This document shows, piece by piece, positions 50,770 to 60,408 of a stretch of 64,000 nt of DNA (position 1 is the first letter of the stretch; each line of letters starts with the position of its first letter). The notes beneath the pieces were generated by a model. That model did no database searches and was not told the origin of the DNA. It saw nothing but the letters and a program-made list of their open reading frames with translations. The stretch is from an uncultured Patescibacteria group bacterium (lineage in GTDB: Bacteria; Patescibacteriota; Microgenomatia; UBA10105; UBA927), in NCBI GenBank assembly GCA_937921305.1, contig CAKZSU010000005.1, positions 10,740 through 74,739 of the forward strand. The letters run 5' to 3'. Both the position numbers and the translations under genes were made by a program.

Positions 50770-51978
50770 ATGCTTCTTATGAATAGCGGAAAAACAAAGA
50801 ACTCATTTCTTCTATGGACAGCGTTTTTTATCTTGTTTGTTGGCGCGGTGATTAGCTCAGGAATTACTGGCGTCACATGGAAGACGATTGAGCAACAGCT
50901 TGGAAATTTCCGGTTTCCTTTTTCTTCATCACCGTCAACACCACAAATCTTTAGATCAAATGAGAATGTTCGTGTTGTGCATGAAGAATCCGTTGTTATT
51001 GATGCGGTTGAGAAAGCGTCTCCTTCTGTGGTGACGATTGGGATAAAAAAGATTCGGCGAACCGGCGATATTTTTGAATTTAATCCATTTGATCCATTTG
51101 GAGGATTTCGACGACGACCAGGGAGAACGCAGGAAATGGAGCAAGATATTGGATCAGGATTTATTGTGTCTTCTGATGGATTTATTGTCACAAATAAACA
51201 CGTTGTGAGTAATGCAGACGCGCAATATAACGTAATTACAAAAGATGGCAAAACGTATCCAGCAAAAAAAATTTACCGAGATCCAACAAACGATCTTGCG
51301 ATTATCAAAATTGACGCTTCGGGACTGACGCCAGTTGAATTGGGTGATTCAGACAAAATCAAGGTTGGGCAACTTGCAATTGCTATCGGCACGGCATTGG
51401 GTGAATTTCGTCACACGGTCACGACGGGAGTCATTTCTGGTGTGGGAAGGGGTATTGTCGCGGGAAGTATCTTTGAGGGATATGTTGAGCGTCTAGATAA
51501 TGTTATACAAACGGACGCAGCGATTAATCCCGGAAATTCCGGCGGGCCGTTGTTGAATTCTGCGGGGCAAGTGATTGGCGTGAATACCGCGGTCTCCTCC
51601 GAAGGACAAAATATAGGGTTCGCGATACCGATCAATGTTATTAAAGAATCGTTGAAAAATTTTAATGAAACAGGTCAGTTTAATCGTCCATTTCTTGGCA
51701 TTCGATATCGAAGCATTTCTCGCGATGTCGCGTTGTTAAACGATGTTCCGGAGGGCGCGTATGTATTGGAGGTTGTGGCTGGAAGCGCCGCTGAGAAAGC
51801 TGGGATAAAAGAGGGAGACATTATCACTAGTATTGACGATGTGAAACTCAATCGAGACAACGGCGAGCTAGCGGTTATTTTGTCAAAAAAGCGGGTAGGG
51901 GATCAGGTGAAATTATCTATATGGAGAGATGGAAAAACATTGACACTCACAGCAACGCTTGGCAGTCAGGGAGAGTAA
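50770..51978 (+). CDS. HtrA/DegP-like serine protease with one PDZ domain
   Basis: TNKHV, DLA, QTDAAINPGNSGGPL. Confidence 0.96.
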   Translation: MLLMNSGKTKNSFLLWTAFFILFVGAVISSGITGVTWKTIEQQLGNFRFPFSSSPSTPQIFRSNENVRVVHEESVVIDAVEKASPSVVTIGIKKIRRTGDIFEFNPFDPFGGFRRRPGRTQEMEQDIGSGFIVSSDGFIVTNKHVVSNADAQYNVITKDGKTYPAKKIYRDPTNDLAIIKIDASGLTPVELGDSDKIKVGQLAIAIGTALGEFRHTVTTGVISGVGRGIVAGSIFEGYVERLDNVIQTDAAINPGNSGGPLLNSAGQVIGVNTAVSSEGQNIGFAIPINVIKESLKNFNETGQFNRPFLGIRYRSISRDVALLNDVPEGAYVLEVVAGSAAEKAGIKEGDIITSIDDVKLNRDNGELAVILSKKRVGDQVKLSIWRDGKTLTLTATLGSQGE

Positions 51979-51990
51979 AAGGAAAAATCA

Positions 51991-52689
51991 TTACGCATTT
52001 GACTTTAGAAGCGCTTCTGTTACTTTGTGAAGTTTTCCATCAACGATATCGTCAAGATTATGCCATGATGTATTGATTCTATGATCAGTCACGCGATTTT
52101 GCGGATAATTGTAGGTTCGAATTTTCTCCGCGCGCATACCTCGACCTATGACAGATCTTGCTTCGCTAAGGGTTCGCGCTTTTTTTAATTCTTCTTGTTC
52201 CCAAAGCCTTGCTCGAAGCATGGAAAGCGCAACTTGTCTATTTTGATATTGATCTCGTTCGTTGCTGCATGTCACGACAATTCCCGATGGTTTATGCGTC
52301 AGACGAACTGCAGAGTTTACTTTATTGACGTTTTGCCCTCCGTGTCCACTTGCGCGGTGAAAATCCCATTCAAGATCTTCTGGTTTTATATGGATTTCTG
52401 ATTCTTGAATATCTGGAAGCACTGCGACAGTTGCGGTTGATGTGTGAATTCGTCCTTGTCGTTCTGTCTCCGGAATTCGTTGGACGCGATGCGTTCCCGC
52501 TTCGTACTGAAGTTTCGTGAATGCTCCTTCTCCGCGAATTTTTATCGCCATATCGCTGATCTCCGAAACGTTCCACCCATTGAGATTAGCGTATCGGATG
52601 TACATCCGTTTCAGATCACTTACCCAGATTTTGGCTTCCTCTCCGCCTGGTCCGGGTCGAAATTCTAAAATTGCGATATTGGGGTTCAT
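51991..52689 (-). CDS. prfA: Peptide chain release factor 1 lacking N-terminal domain 1
   Basis: HRVQRIPETE (PxT), GGQNVNK, KIRTYNYPQNRVTDHRI; follows rpmE. Confidence 0.9.
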   Translation of the reverse strand: MNPNIAILEFRPGPGGEEAKIWVSDLKRMYIRYANLNGWNVSEISDMAIKIRGEGAFTKLQYEAGTHRVQRIPETERQGRIHTSTATVAVLPDIQESEIHIKPEDLEWDFHRASGHGGQNVNKVNSAVRLTHKPSGIVVTCSNERDQYQNRQVALSMLRARLWEQEELKKARTLSEARSVIGRGMRAEKIRTYNYPQNRVTDHRINTSWHNLDDIVDGKLHKVTEALLKSNA

Positions 52690-52764
52690 AAAAAAACGGT
52701 TATGTCGTATTTATCTTCTCTCGATGTGTCCTTCCATCGAATCAAGACAAATACGAAATAACCG
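52690..52764 (-). terminator. Long hairpin plus U7 between the rpmE stop and prfA start (candidate attenuator)
   Basis: CGGTTAT-T-TCGTATTT...TCGATG/CATCGA...AAATACGA-C-ATAACCG then TTTTTTT. Confidence 0.7.
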
Positions 52765-53076
52765 CTACTTCATGGACAATAGCATTTCTCGCAAGGATTT
52801 TGGCGTGTTTGCTTGTCGTTGCTTTTCTTCTTCTTTTTTCTTTTTCTTTGCCAAGAGAGTTTCTTTGACTGCTTCTGCGGTTTTTTGTTTTAGTTGGAAT
52901 TTCTCCACGCGACCCATCGTGTCAACAAATTTCATTTCTCCGGTGAAGAATGGATGGCATTTTGAGCAAATATCAATACGGATGGTTTGTTTTGCCGCGC
53001 TAACAGTGAATGTATTGCCACACGCGCACATAACTGTTGCTTCTTCATACCATTGTGGGTGAATGCCTTGCTTCAT
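52765..53076 (-). CDS. rpmE: 50S ribosomal protein L31, Zn-binding type
   Basis: [27 protein letters not shown]. Confidence 0.97.
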   Translation of the reverse strand: MKQGIHPQWYEEATVMCACGNTFTVSAAKQTIRIDICSKCHPFFTGEMKFVDTMGRVEKFQLKQKTAEAVKETLLAKKKKKEEEKQRQANTPKSLREMLLSMK

Positions 53077-53121
53077 AATCAATAATTGTAGCACACAATG
53101 CAACTGATAACAATCATTTTA

Positions 53122-54066
53122 TCATTTTCTATTTTTCTTTTTCTTTTTTCGCTCCTTATGTCGCTTCCATTCTGCGAGCGTTACACCGATAGCGATAATC
53201 ATCGAGCCGATAATAAATTGCGATGTGATTTTATCGCCAAGCCAAAAGACCGAGAGTGGTGCTCCCCAAATAATCGTAAGGTACGAAAATATACTCGCGT
53301 TTCCAATTTCAACCCGTTTGATGGCGTTTGCATAGAGCGTATATGCGACGGTGCCGGAAATAAACGCCATATAGAGGACGCCAAGATGCCCTTGAAGCGG
53401 AACTGAAACAATCGTATGTACCACAGGCAGTATTCCGCCAAATCTTCCGGCGGTGATTATAAAAAAGATGATAAAACCAATACAAAACGATAGATGAGAC
53501 AACGCGATTGGACGCATACCAGATTGAAGCGCGTGTTTTGCTGATACGCCGCCAAGCGCATCGGCAACGCGGGAGAGAATAATCAAGAGATTGCCGATCA
53601 TCGCAATTCCCAGAAGTCCTTCATGAGGGAAAGTATCTGAGGTGATCGCGGTTAGTATCGATCCAATAATCGCAAGAGATATGCCGATAATTTCTTGAGC
53701 GGTTACATGTTCTCGAAGAAGTATCGCGCCAAAAAGAGTGCTAAATACAGGTCCGGTGGAAGCAAGAAGAATGGCGGTGAGAGAATTTGTTAATTCAAAA
53801 CCAAGAAACAATAATCCAAGGCCTATAACAACCGTGAGTGCGCTATATTGCGCAACAGAAACGCGTTGCGGTCGTGTTTTCGGGAGAAAAGAAGGGAAGA
53901 TCGTAAAATAGCCTATGGCGAGTATCGCATTGAGAAAGAATCGATACGTAAGGAAAATATCGGGAGGAAAATATTGAAGGGTATATTTAATAATAGGACC
54001 AGCCAGTCCCCACAAGATGGAGACGATAAGAAGGAGAAGATATGGGGATACGTTAGGTCGTTTCAT
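53122..54066 (-). CDS. DMT/EamA family transporter
   Basis: Ten TM helices in two repeats; LWG, RF, LLREH, LGDKIT. Confidence 0.9.
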   Translation of the reverse strand: MKRPNVSPYLLLLIVSILWGLAGPIIKYTLQYFPPDIFLTYRFFLNAILAIGYFTIFPSFLPKTRPQRVSVAQYSALTVVIGLGLLFLGFELTNSLTAILLASTGPVFSTLFGAILLREHVTAQEIIGISLAIIGSILTAITSDTFPHEGLLGIAMIGNLLIILSRVADALGGVSAKHALQSGMRPIALSHLSFCIGFIIFFIITAGRFGGILPVVHTIVSVPLQGHLGVLYMAFISGTVAYTLYANAIKRVEIGNASIFSYLTIIWGAPLSVFWLGDKITSQFIIGSMIIAIGVTLAEWKRHKERKKKKKNRK

Positions 54067-55276
54067 GGGCAGAGATAATACGAATTGCGTCGTCTACTGT
54101 TCCGCGAAGTTGCTCTTTTGTCGTCATTCGTTTGATAATCATGATTCCGTCGCGTTTTTCTTCCGGTCCTTGAATGAGTGCGAACGGAATGCCTTTTTTA
54201 TCCGCATATTTTAGTTGTTTTTCAAGTTTTGCATTTGCGTCCAGATACAGTTCTGTTGGAATCGAATGACTTCGAAGCGTGTTCACGATGGCTACACTTT
54301 CAGCAATCATATCTTGAGAAAAGATGCAGACCAACGCGTGTGTTATTGATGACGCGCTTGGTGTCTTTTGAATTATTTGAAGGGCGTCAATGATTCGATC
54401 GAATCCAAAGGCGATTCCCACCGCGGGAATCGATTGTCCAAGAAAGATGCCAATGAGATTATCGTATCGTCCGCCTCCGGCAAGAGATCCTTGCGGATAC
54501 GAAGGATCTTTTAATTCAAAAATCGCGCTTGTGTAGTAGTCTAATCCGCGAGCTAAAAACGGATCGACGATAAAATCTTTGCCTTCCACATACCCCATGA
54601 GTTCAAGAAAGGAGCATATTTCGATGAGCCTCTTCGTTTTTTTTGATCGTTCGAGCGTTTCAAAACGTTCTTGTCCATTTATGCCAATGCCGTTCAGTTG
54701 ATCAATCACGGCGTCTTTTCCAATTTTGTCAAGTTTATCGAGAATAATAATCTCCTGTTTTGAGAGATGAAGCGTGTCAAACAAAGCTCGATCGTTGATA
54801 TGCATTTTCGGGGAAGGGAATCCAAGCGTTTTTGCTATTTCAAGCGCGCATGCGATAACTTCCGCGTCTGCGATTGGCGAGTTGGTTCCAACGATATCAA
54901 TATCGCACTGCAGGAATTCGCGAAATCGTCCTTTTTGTGTGTTTTCCGCGCGCCATACTGGCTGTATTTGATATCGCTTAAAGGGCATCGGAAGTTCATA
55001 GTGATGTTGCGCGATGATGCGAGCAAGTGGAATTGTTTGGTCGTATCGCATGCCCACATCTCTTCCTCCATGATCTTTGAAAAGATAGATCAGTTTGTCG
55101 GCTTCATCTCCATATTTTCCAAGAAGGACAGATGCGTATTCCAACGCCGGCGTTTCCAACGGATCAAATCCAAATCGTTCAAATATCATTTTCATCGATT
55201 GAATAATGTGTTGCCGTATTCTTGCATCTTTTGGAAGAATATCTCGAAATCCTTTCAACGTTTTCGGAGAATTCAT
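54053..55276 (-). CDS. hisS: Histidine--tRNA ligase
   Basis: KGFRD, RYDQT, GRFREF.QCD, RGLDYY, GGGRYD. Confidence 0.98.
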   Translation of the reverse strand: MNSPKTLKGFRDILPKDARIRQHIIQSMKMIFERFGFDPLETPALEYASVLLGKYGDEADKLIYLFKDHGGRDVGMRYDQTIPLARIIAQHHYELPMPFKRYQIQPVWRAENTQKGRFREFLQCDIDIVGTNSPIADAEVIACALEIAKTLGFPSPKMHINDRALFDTLHLSKQEIIILDKLDKIGKDAVIDQLNGIGINGQERFETLERSKKTKRLIEICSFLELMGYVEGKDFIVDPFLARGLDYYTSAIFELKDPSYPQGSLAGGGRYDNLIGIFLGQSIPAVGIAFGFDRIIDALQIIQKTPSASSITHALVCIFSQDMIAESVAIVNTLRSHSIPTELYLDANAKLEKQLKYADKKGIPFALIQGPEEKRDGIMIIKRMTTKEQLRGTVDDAIRIISAHETT

Positions 55277-55339
55277 AATGTTTTATTATCGCATGATTTG
55301 TTCGCTTTAGCCAGAGATCTTATTTGTATGTTGCGAACA

Positions 55340-56395
55340 TTATATGTGATTTACATAGGGAGATTGGGATAGTTTTTGAAGTCCTGATGATGTTTTGAGA
55401 TAGAGATCCTCTATTCTGATACCGAATTTATTTGGCAGATAAATTGCCGGTTCTATAGTAAATACCATGCCATCTTCGATGGTTTCATCTTTATACGATG
55501 ATAATTGTGGTCGTTCATGAATTTCTAATCCTACGCCGTGTCCGAGCGAATGGGGATAGGGTGGGTATCCGGCGTTTGATATAATCTCTTTTGCTTGTCT
55601 ATCCGCTTCAGATCCAGCATTGTTATGGGTCAAGCAGGTTTCCGCTTCGTCATGCGCGCGTTTGACGATGTCGTGGACGCGTGTCCATTCATTTTTTGAT
55701 GTTCCAAAAAATATAATTCGCGTCATATCCGCATGATAGCCATGAATCGCCGCGCCAAAATCTACAAGGATAAGGCTATTTTTACTAAGGTGAGTATTGT
55801 GTTGAGGTATATAATGGGGAAGAGCGCTATGTTCGTTAAACGCGACAATTGGCGAGAATGCAATATGTCCATCATGTTCTCGAATGTATCGTTCAATCAT
55901 CCACGCTATGTCTGTTTCGGACATGCCTTCACGAATATTCGTTTGAAGAAGCATGAAGCATTTGTCTGTTAGTCTTGCCGCTTCTTTGATCCATTGGATT
56001 TCTTCTTTCGTTTTTTTTGTTCGTTGTGTTTCAATCCATCCATTTGATGGAACAATCTTTACATTCGGGAGTGCCAATTGAATGTCTTGGTATTCTTTAT
56101 AAGTGAGCGATTGTGATTCCACTTCAAGCGATGAATATGATGTTTGATGCGAAGCAAGAATTTTTCCAAGAGGATTTTCGGGGGTGAGGAGGCAAACGCG
56201 TGTTTGAGGATGTGTTTGTTGTATTATATTCGCTTCATGTTCATAAAGTGGAGGAACGATAAGACGCCATGCGTCGTTGATGATCAAAAGATATGCGGAG
56301 CGTTCATGGGGCGTTGGCGTCATAAATCCTGTAAGGTATCGAATATTGAAAGGATTTGTTATAAGCGTCGCTTTACTAATGATTTCTTCATTCAT
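55340..56395 (-). CDS. Xaa-Pro aminopeptidase (M24)
   Basis: YLTGF, DFG, DMTR, HSLGHGVG, EP, RIED; start at ATG 56395. Confidence 0.93.
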   Translation of the reverse strand: MNEEIISKATLITNPFNIRYLTGFMTPTPHERSAYLLIINDAWRLIVPPLYEHEANIIQQTHPQTRVCLLTPENPLGKILASHQTSYSSLEVESQSLTYKEYQDIQLALPNVKIVPSNGWIETQRTKKTKEEIQWIKEAARLTDKCFMLLQTNIREGMSETDIAWMIERYIREHDGHIAFSPIVAFNEHSALPHYIPQHNTHLSKNSLILVDFGAAIHGYHADMTRIIFFGTSKNEWTRVHDIVKRAHDEAETCLTHNNAGSEADRQAKEIISNAGYPPYPHSLGHGVGLEIHERPQLSSYKDETIEDGMVFTIEPAIYLPNKFGIRIEDLYLKTSSGLQKLSQSPYVNHI

Positions 56396-57216
56396 GGAGC
56401 TGTGGGAGATGCTTTTGGTCTTGTTGGCGTCGGCGTGGGTGATCTTCGTGGTGTTGGTGATACGCGATTTGTCGGTGATGGCGTTATGGCTTGCGTCGGC
56501 GTGAGTTCTTGTTCTTGCGAAGAATTTCCAGTTTGTGATTTCCATGTCAAGATTCTTGCCGCGATATATCTATCTGGTTGGCGCTCTTGTTCTATTCCCA
56601 ATACTGTAACGAAGATATTTTGTTCAAGTTTTGAAAAACCGCTTTTTTGTATTTCTTTGCCTGGCAACCACGAATTGTTTTTTGTCGTTGTTTCAACATC
56701 AATGGTGTATATTGTTCCATCAATGCATTTCATTGTGAACGAGTTGTCTTTTTTATTAATCTCAGCGATCGTTCCATGAAGTCGCTTTGGCTGTTGTTTT
56801 GATTCGATCACAATATGTTTTGCTTGCAATATATCAAGCGTTTCGTCATATGTGCCGAAGATGGTAACCGCGTCGTCTTTTTTTAGTGTGTCAATTTTGC
56901 TTTTTGTTCGTTTTCCTTTGATTATTTGGGTTACCACAATATTGTCTGTAAGTTCAATTTTGTACGCTTTTTGTCCCGTGTCTATGGTTGCTGAAGACAG
57001 AGAAATATTTGTGATTGTTCCGTGGATTGCTTTAGGCGATGTTCGTCGTAATTCCTCGACTTTCGTGGCGAGTCGTTCTTTGAGATCGTCAATTTTTTCT
57101 TTTATTTCTTTGCTGATTGGAGTCGCCGATGGCGTTGCCGAAGATTTTGTCGCGGCATGCGTTGCGTTTGGAAAAAAGATGGTAAAAGCAATAACGATAA
57201 TAAGAAATGTTCTCAT
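56392..57216 (-). CDS. Secreted protein with two beta-barrel repeats and Pro/Thr tail
   Basis: Signal peptide; two repeats HGTI...V.I.G...A..I. Confidence 0.8.
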   Translation of the reverse strand: MRTFLIIVIAFTIFFPNATHAATKSSATPSATPISKEIKEKIDDLKERLATKVEELRRTSPKAIHGTITNISLSSATIDTGQKAYKIELTDNIVVTQIIKGKRTKSKIDTLKKDDAVTIFGTYDETLDILQAKHIVIESKQQPKRLHGTIAEINKKDNSFTMKCIDGTIYTIDVETTTKNNSWLPGKEIQKSGFSKLEQNIFVTVLGIEQERQPDRYIAARILTWKSQTGNSSQEQELTPTQAITPSPTNRVSPTPRRSPTPTPTRPKASPTAP

Positions 57217-57222
57217 AGCGCC

Positions 57223-57684
57223 TTATGGTTCTTGAGAAAAATAGACAACGACGCGTTCAACGAAGAGCTGATCATTTACAACATTCGCGACGGAAATATC
57301 GTTTTTTCCTTCTCTTAGCACAACTTTCGTTTCATACTTTCCAGACGACGGCACTTGAACGACGGATTCTTCCTCTGTTGTTCCAACAATAATAAGAGAA
57401 TTCGGGGACGCGTTTCCGGAAACAGTGATCCCGCTTTCTTTTACGATGCTCTCTTGCGTTGGTTGATCGATAGTCAATGATGATGGAAGAGGTTCTTGTG
57501 ACGTGATATTACTTGGTTGTGGTTGATTATCTTCTTTTGTTTGAAACGACGCTACTTGTCCTTGATGCTCTCTCATGCTTGTTTGAAGTTGCGCAAAAAG
57601 TTTCGGTCCGAAAATAATGCTTGCTGTAATAAGCAATCCGACAGAAAATCCGATAAGAGAAGCGAGTATTGCGTCTTTGTTCAT
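57223..57684 (-). CDS. Membrane-anchored Ig-like domain protein
   Basis: TM helix; LTIDQP, ITVSG, LREGKNDI. Confidence 0.78.
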   Translation of the reverse strand: MNKDAILASLIGFSVGLLITASIIFGPKLFAQLQTSMREHQGQVASFQTKEDNQPQPSNITSQEPLPSSLTIDQPTQESIVKESGITVSGNASPNSLIIVGTTEEESVVQVPSSGKYETKVVLREGKNDISVANVVNDQLFVERVVVYFSQEP

Positions 57685-57731
57685 GTGTTGATTAGGATAC
57701 GGTAATCTGTTATAAAAAGCAATAGAATTCT

Positions 57732-58376
57732 ATGGATATTTCGTATCTTGGACACGCATCATTTCGTTTTCGAGGAAAAAAAACAACAGTGGTAACCGAT
57801 CCGTTTGATCCGCGTATGGTTGGCACAAAATTTCCAAAGATTGACGCGGATATTATTACCGTTTCTCATCATCATGAGGATCACAATGCGATAGCGAATA
57901 TCTCCGGCAATCCGTTTATCGTTGATGGACCTGGAGAGTATGAGATACAGGGGGTTCGCTTTATCGGACTTTCATCGTTTCATGACAATAACAAAGGAAA
58001 AGACAGAGGGGAAAACACGATATTTGCGATAGAGCTTGACGGAGTTCACATTGTTCATCTTGGCGATCTTGGTGAGATGCTTTCAGAAAAAACAAGAGAA
58101 AAATTAGGGACGGTTGATGTTTTATGTATTCCTGTCGGTGGTGTCTATACTATTGATGAAAAACAAGCGGTGGAGTTGATTTCGGAAATAGAACCGTCGA
58201 TTGTTATTCCGATGCATTATGGCAGACCAGATATCAATCAAGAAGTATTTGGTTCGTTGCGTCCATTGTCTTCGTTTCTTAAGCTGGTTGGTCAGGAACA
58301 AGCCCAGCCTGTGACGAAATTGATGGTCACCAAAGATAAAATTCCCGATCATACCCAAATCGTCATTTTCTCGTAA
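57732..58376 (+). CDS. Metallo-beta-lactamase fold hydrolase
   Basis: GHASF, TDPF, SHHHEDH, HLGDLG, PMHY. Confidence 0.93.
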   Translation: MDISYLGHASFRFRGKKTTVVTDPFDPRMVGTKFPKIDADIITVSHHHEDHNAIANISGNPFIVDGPGEYEIQGVRFIGLSSFHDNNKGKDRGENTIFAIELDGVHIVHLGDLGEMLSEKTREKLGTVDVLCIPVGGVYTIDEKQAVELISEIEPSIVIPMHYGRPDINQEVFGSLRPLSSFLKLVGQEQAQPVTKLMVTKDKIPDHTQIVIFS

Positions 58377-58384
58377 GAGTTTCT

Positions 58385-59728
58385 ATGAATGTAAAGGTCC
58401 CTCCGCATGACGACCTTGTGGAAAAGTCTTTGCTTGGCGCGATTCTTCTTGATAAAGACGCTATGATTGCCGTTGCTGAATTTTTGCGTCCAGAACATTT
58501 TTACAATGAGCATCATGGGATGATTTTTGAAGCAATGCTTACCTTGTTTGAGCAACACATGCCTATTGATGTTGTCACGCTTTCATCGCAATTAAAAAAA
58601 GAAGGCAAATTAAAAGCAGTCGGCGGATCCGCGTATATAAGCGAACTGTTAACGGTTACGCCGACAAGCGCGCACGCGGAACAATACGGTTTGCTCATAA
58701 AAGAATACTACGTAAAACGACGATTAATTTCCGTCGGCGCAAAATTGACGGAGTCGGCGTTCAAAGAGGAAGGATCGGCGCAAACAATTCTTGACGAGGC
58801 GGAGCAAGAAATTTTTTCGATCGCGAAACAAAGTACAAAGCGTGACTTTATTCATATCAAAGAAACGCTCGCGGAGTCTTTTCAACGGCTTGACGAATTG
58901 GGGAAAAACACATCTGGGTATCGCGGCATTCCTACAGGATTTTCTGATTTAGATTTCAAGTTGTCTGGGTTGCAGAATTCAAATTTAATTATTCTTGCAG
59001 CGCGGCCCGGCACGGGAAAGACCGCGATGGTCTTAAATATCGCTCAATATGTGGGCGTGAAAGAAAAGCTTGCTGTCGGTATTTTCTCTTTGGAGATGAG
59101 CAAGGAAGAATTAGTGGATCGGCTTCTTGTGGCGCAAGCAGATATTGACGCATGGAGACTCAAAACAGGCAAGTTGTCAGACGATGACTTTTCTCGACTG
59201 TCTGACGCGATGGGAGAGTTGGCGGAGTCTCGTATTTTTATTGACGACACACCGGGAATCAGCATCCTTGAAATGAGGACGAAAGCAAGAAGATTACAAG
59301 TGGAGCACGGTGTTCAGCTCATTATTTTTGATTATCTCCAACTTGCCGATGCAGGGAAGCGGTACGAAAGCAGAGTGCAAGAGGTAGGCGCAATTTCTCA
59401 AAGTTTGAAAAATTTAGCAAGAGAATTAAAAGTGCCGGTGCTCGCGTGTTCTCAATTGTCTCGAGCTGTTGAGAGTAGGGGGAATAAAATTCCGGAATTA
59501 TCCGATCTTCGCGAGTCTGGCTCGATCGAGCAAGACGCGGATGTGGTTATGTTTCTCTATCGAGAAGAGCAGGATATGACGCAATGGGGCGATCAGATAC
59601 CGACAAAACTACGTATCGCAAAGCACAGAAACGGATCGCTTGGAGAAATTGACTTGATGTTTCGCGGTGATAGAATTAGATTCTATAGCGTAGAAAAGCA
59701 TCAAAGCGATACGATAACGATTGGTTAA
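58385..59728 (+). CDS. dnaB: Replicative DNA helicase
   Basis: ARPGTGKT, FSLEMS, DYLQL, SQLSR, DLRESGSIEQDAD, KHRNG. Confidence 0.99.
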   Translation: MNVKVPPHDDLVEKSLLGAILLDKDAMIAVAEFLRPEHFYNEHHGMIFEAMLTLFEQHMPIDVVTLSSQLKKEGKLKAVGGSAYISELLTVTPTSAHAEQYGLLIKEYYVKRRLISVGAKLTESAFKEEGSAQTILDEAEQEIFSIAKQSTKRDFIHIKETLAESFQRLDELGKNTSGYRGIPTGFSDLDFKLSGLQNSNLIILAARPGTGKTAMVLNIAQYVGVKEKLAVGIFSLEMSKEELVDRLLVAQADIDAWRLKTGKLSDDDFSRLSDAMGELAESRIFIDDTPGISILEMRTKARRLQVEHGVQLIIFDYLQLADAGKRYESRVQEVGAISQSLKNLARELKVPVLACSQLSRAVESRGNKIPELSDLRESGSIEQDADVVMFLYREEQDMTQWGDQIPTKLRIAKHRNGSLGEIDLMFRGDRIRFYSVEKHQSDTITIG

Positions 59729-59798
59729 TCGCTATCAGCCATCAGCACACAGCAGATAGGAGTTGAGCTGTAAGCTGTTTCCAGTATGCACTATCATC

Positions 59799-60290
59799 AT
59801 GTTTGAAGATTTTCGGAAGTTTATTTTACGAGGAAATATCGCCGATCTTGTGATTGGATTCACTGTCGGCGCGACATTTTCAACGGTTGCAAAATCGTTT
59901 GTTGATGATATTCTTATGCCTCCGATTGGGCTTGTCATGGGGCAAGCTGATTTTTCAAATTTATTTATTGTGATTAAGAGCGGTTCCACGCCTCCTCCAT
60001 ATCAAAGTTTGTCGCAAGCAAAAGATGCTGGCGCAGTAACGATAAATTATGGCATGTTTATTAATAATATTATTTCTTTGCTCATTGTAGGATTTGCTGT
60101 GTATCTTTTTATTAAATTTTTAAATGTGTTGAATGATCAATTAGAAGAGTTGCCAATTATTGGAGGAAAAAAAGGAGAACCGACAATGAAGAAGTGTCCG
60201 TATTGCTTGACGCCGGTTCCCTATAAAGCGTTAAAGTGTAAAGCATGCACCGCGGATTTGGCAAAAATCGTCAAGAAAAAAGAAGAGTGA
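59799..60290 (+). CDS. mscL: Large-conductance mechanosensitive channel with C-terminal Zn ribbon
   Basis: F..FILRGN..DL, V.DILMP, YG.FIN; CPYC...CKAC. Confidence 0.92.
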   Translation: MFEDFRKFILRGNIADLVIGFTVGATFSTVAKSFVDDILMPPIGLVMGQADFSNLFIVIKSGSTPPPYQSLSQAKDAGAVTINYGMFINNIISLLIVGFAVYLFIKFLNVLNDQLEELPIIGGKKGEPTMKKCPYCLTPVPYKALKCKACTADLAKIVKKKEE

Positions 60291-60319
60291 TAGCGTATAA
60301 TAAAGGTAATCGTTTTTCT

Positions 60320-60405
60320 GCCGGGGTGCTGGAATTGGTAGACAGGCCAGTCTCAAAAACTGGTGACCCCAAAAGATCGTGAGGGTTCGAGTCCCTCCCT
60401 CGGCA
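60320..60405 (+). tRNA. tRNA-Leu(CAA)
   Basis: CCAGT-CTCAAAA-ACTGG anticodon arm; long variable arm. Confidence 0.95.
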
Positions 60406-60408
60406 CTT

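Noticed and set aside
50319-51251. 310-aa minus-strand ORF and similar long antisense ORFs
   Set aside because: They lie antisense to well-supported genes (ctpA, htrA) and contain no motifs.
52697-52764. Hairpin as SRP (4.5S) RNA
   Set aside because: It lacks the CAGG/AGCA internal loop and GNRA tetraloop of SRP helix 8.
52687-52767. L31-RF1 fusion by UAG readthrough (the two ORFs are in frame)
   Set aside because: An in-frame TAA lies within the hairpin before the prfA start.
59799-60290. MscL with CxxC-CxxC tail as a novelty
   Set aside because: This architecture is already familiar in many MscL homologues.
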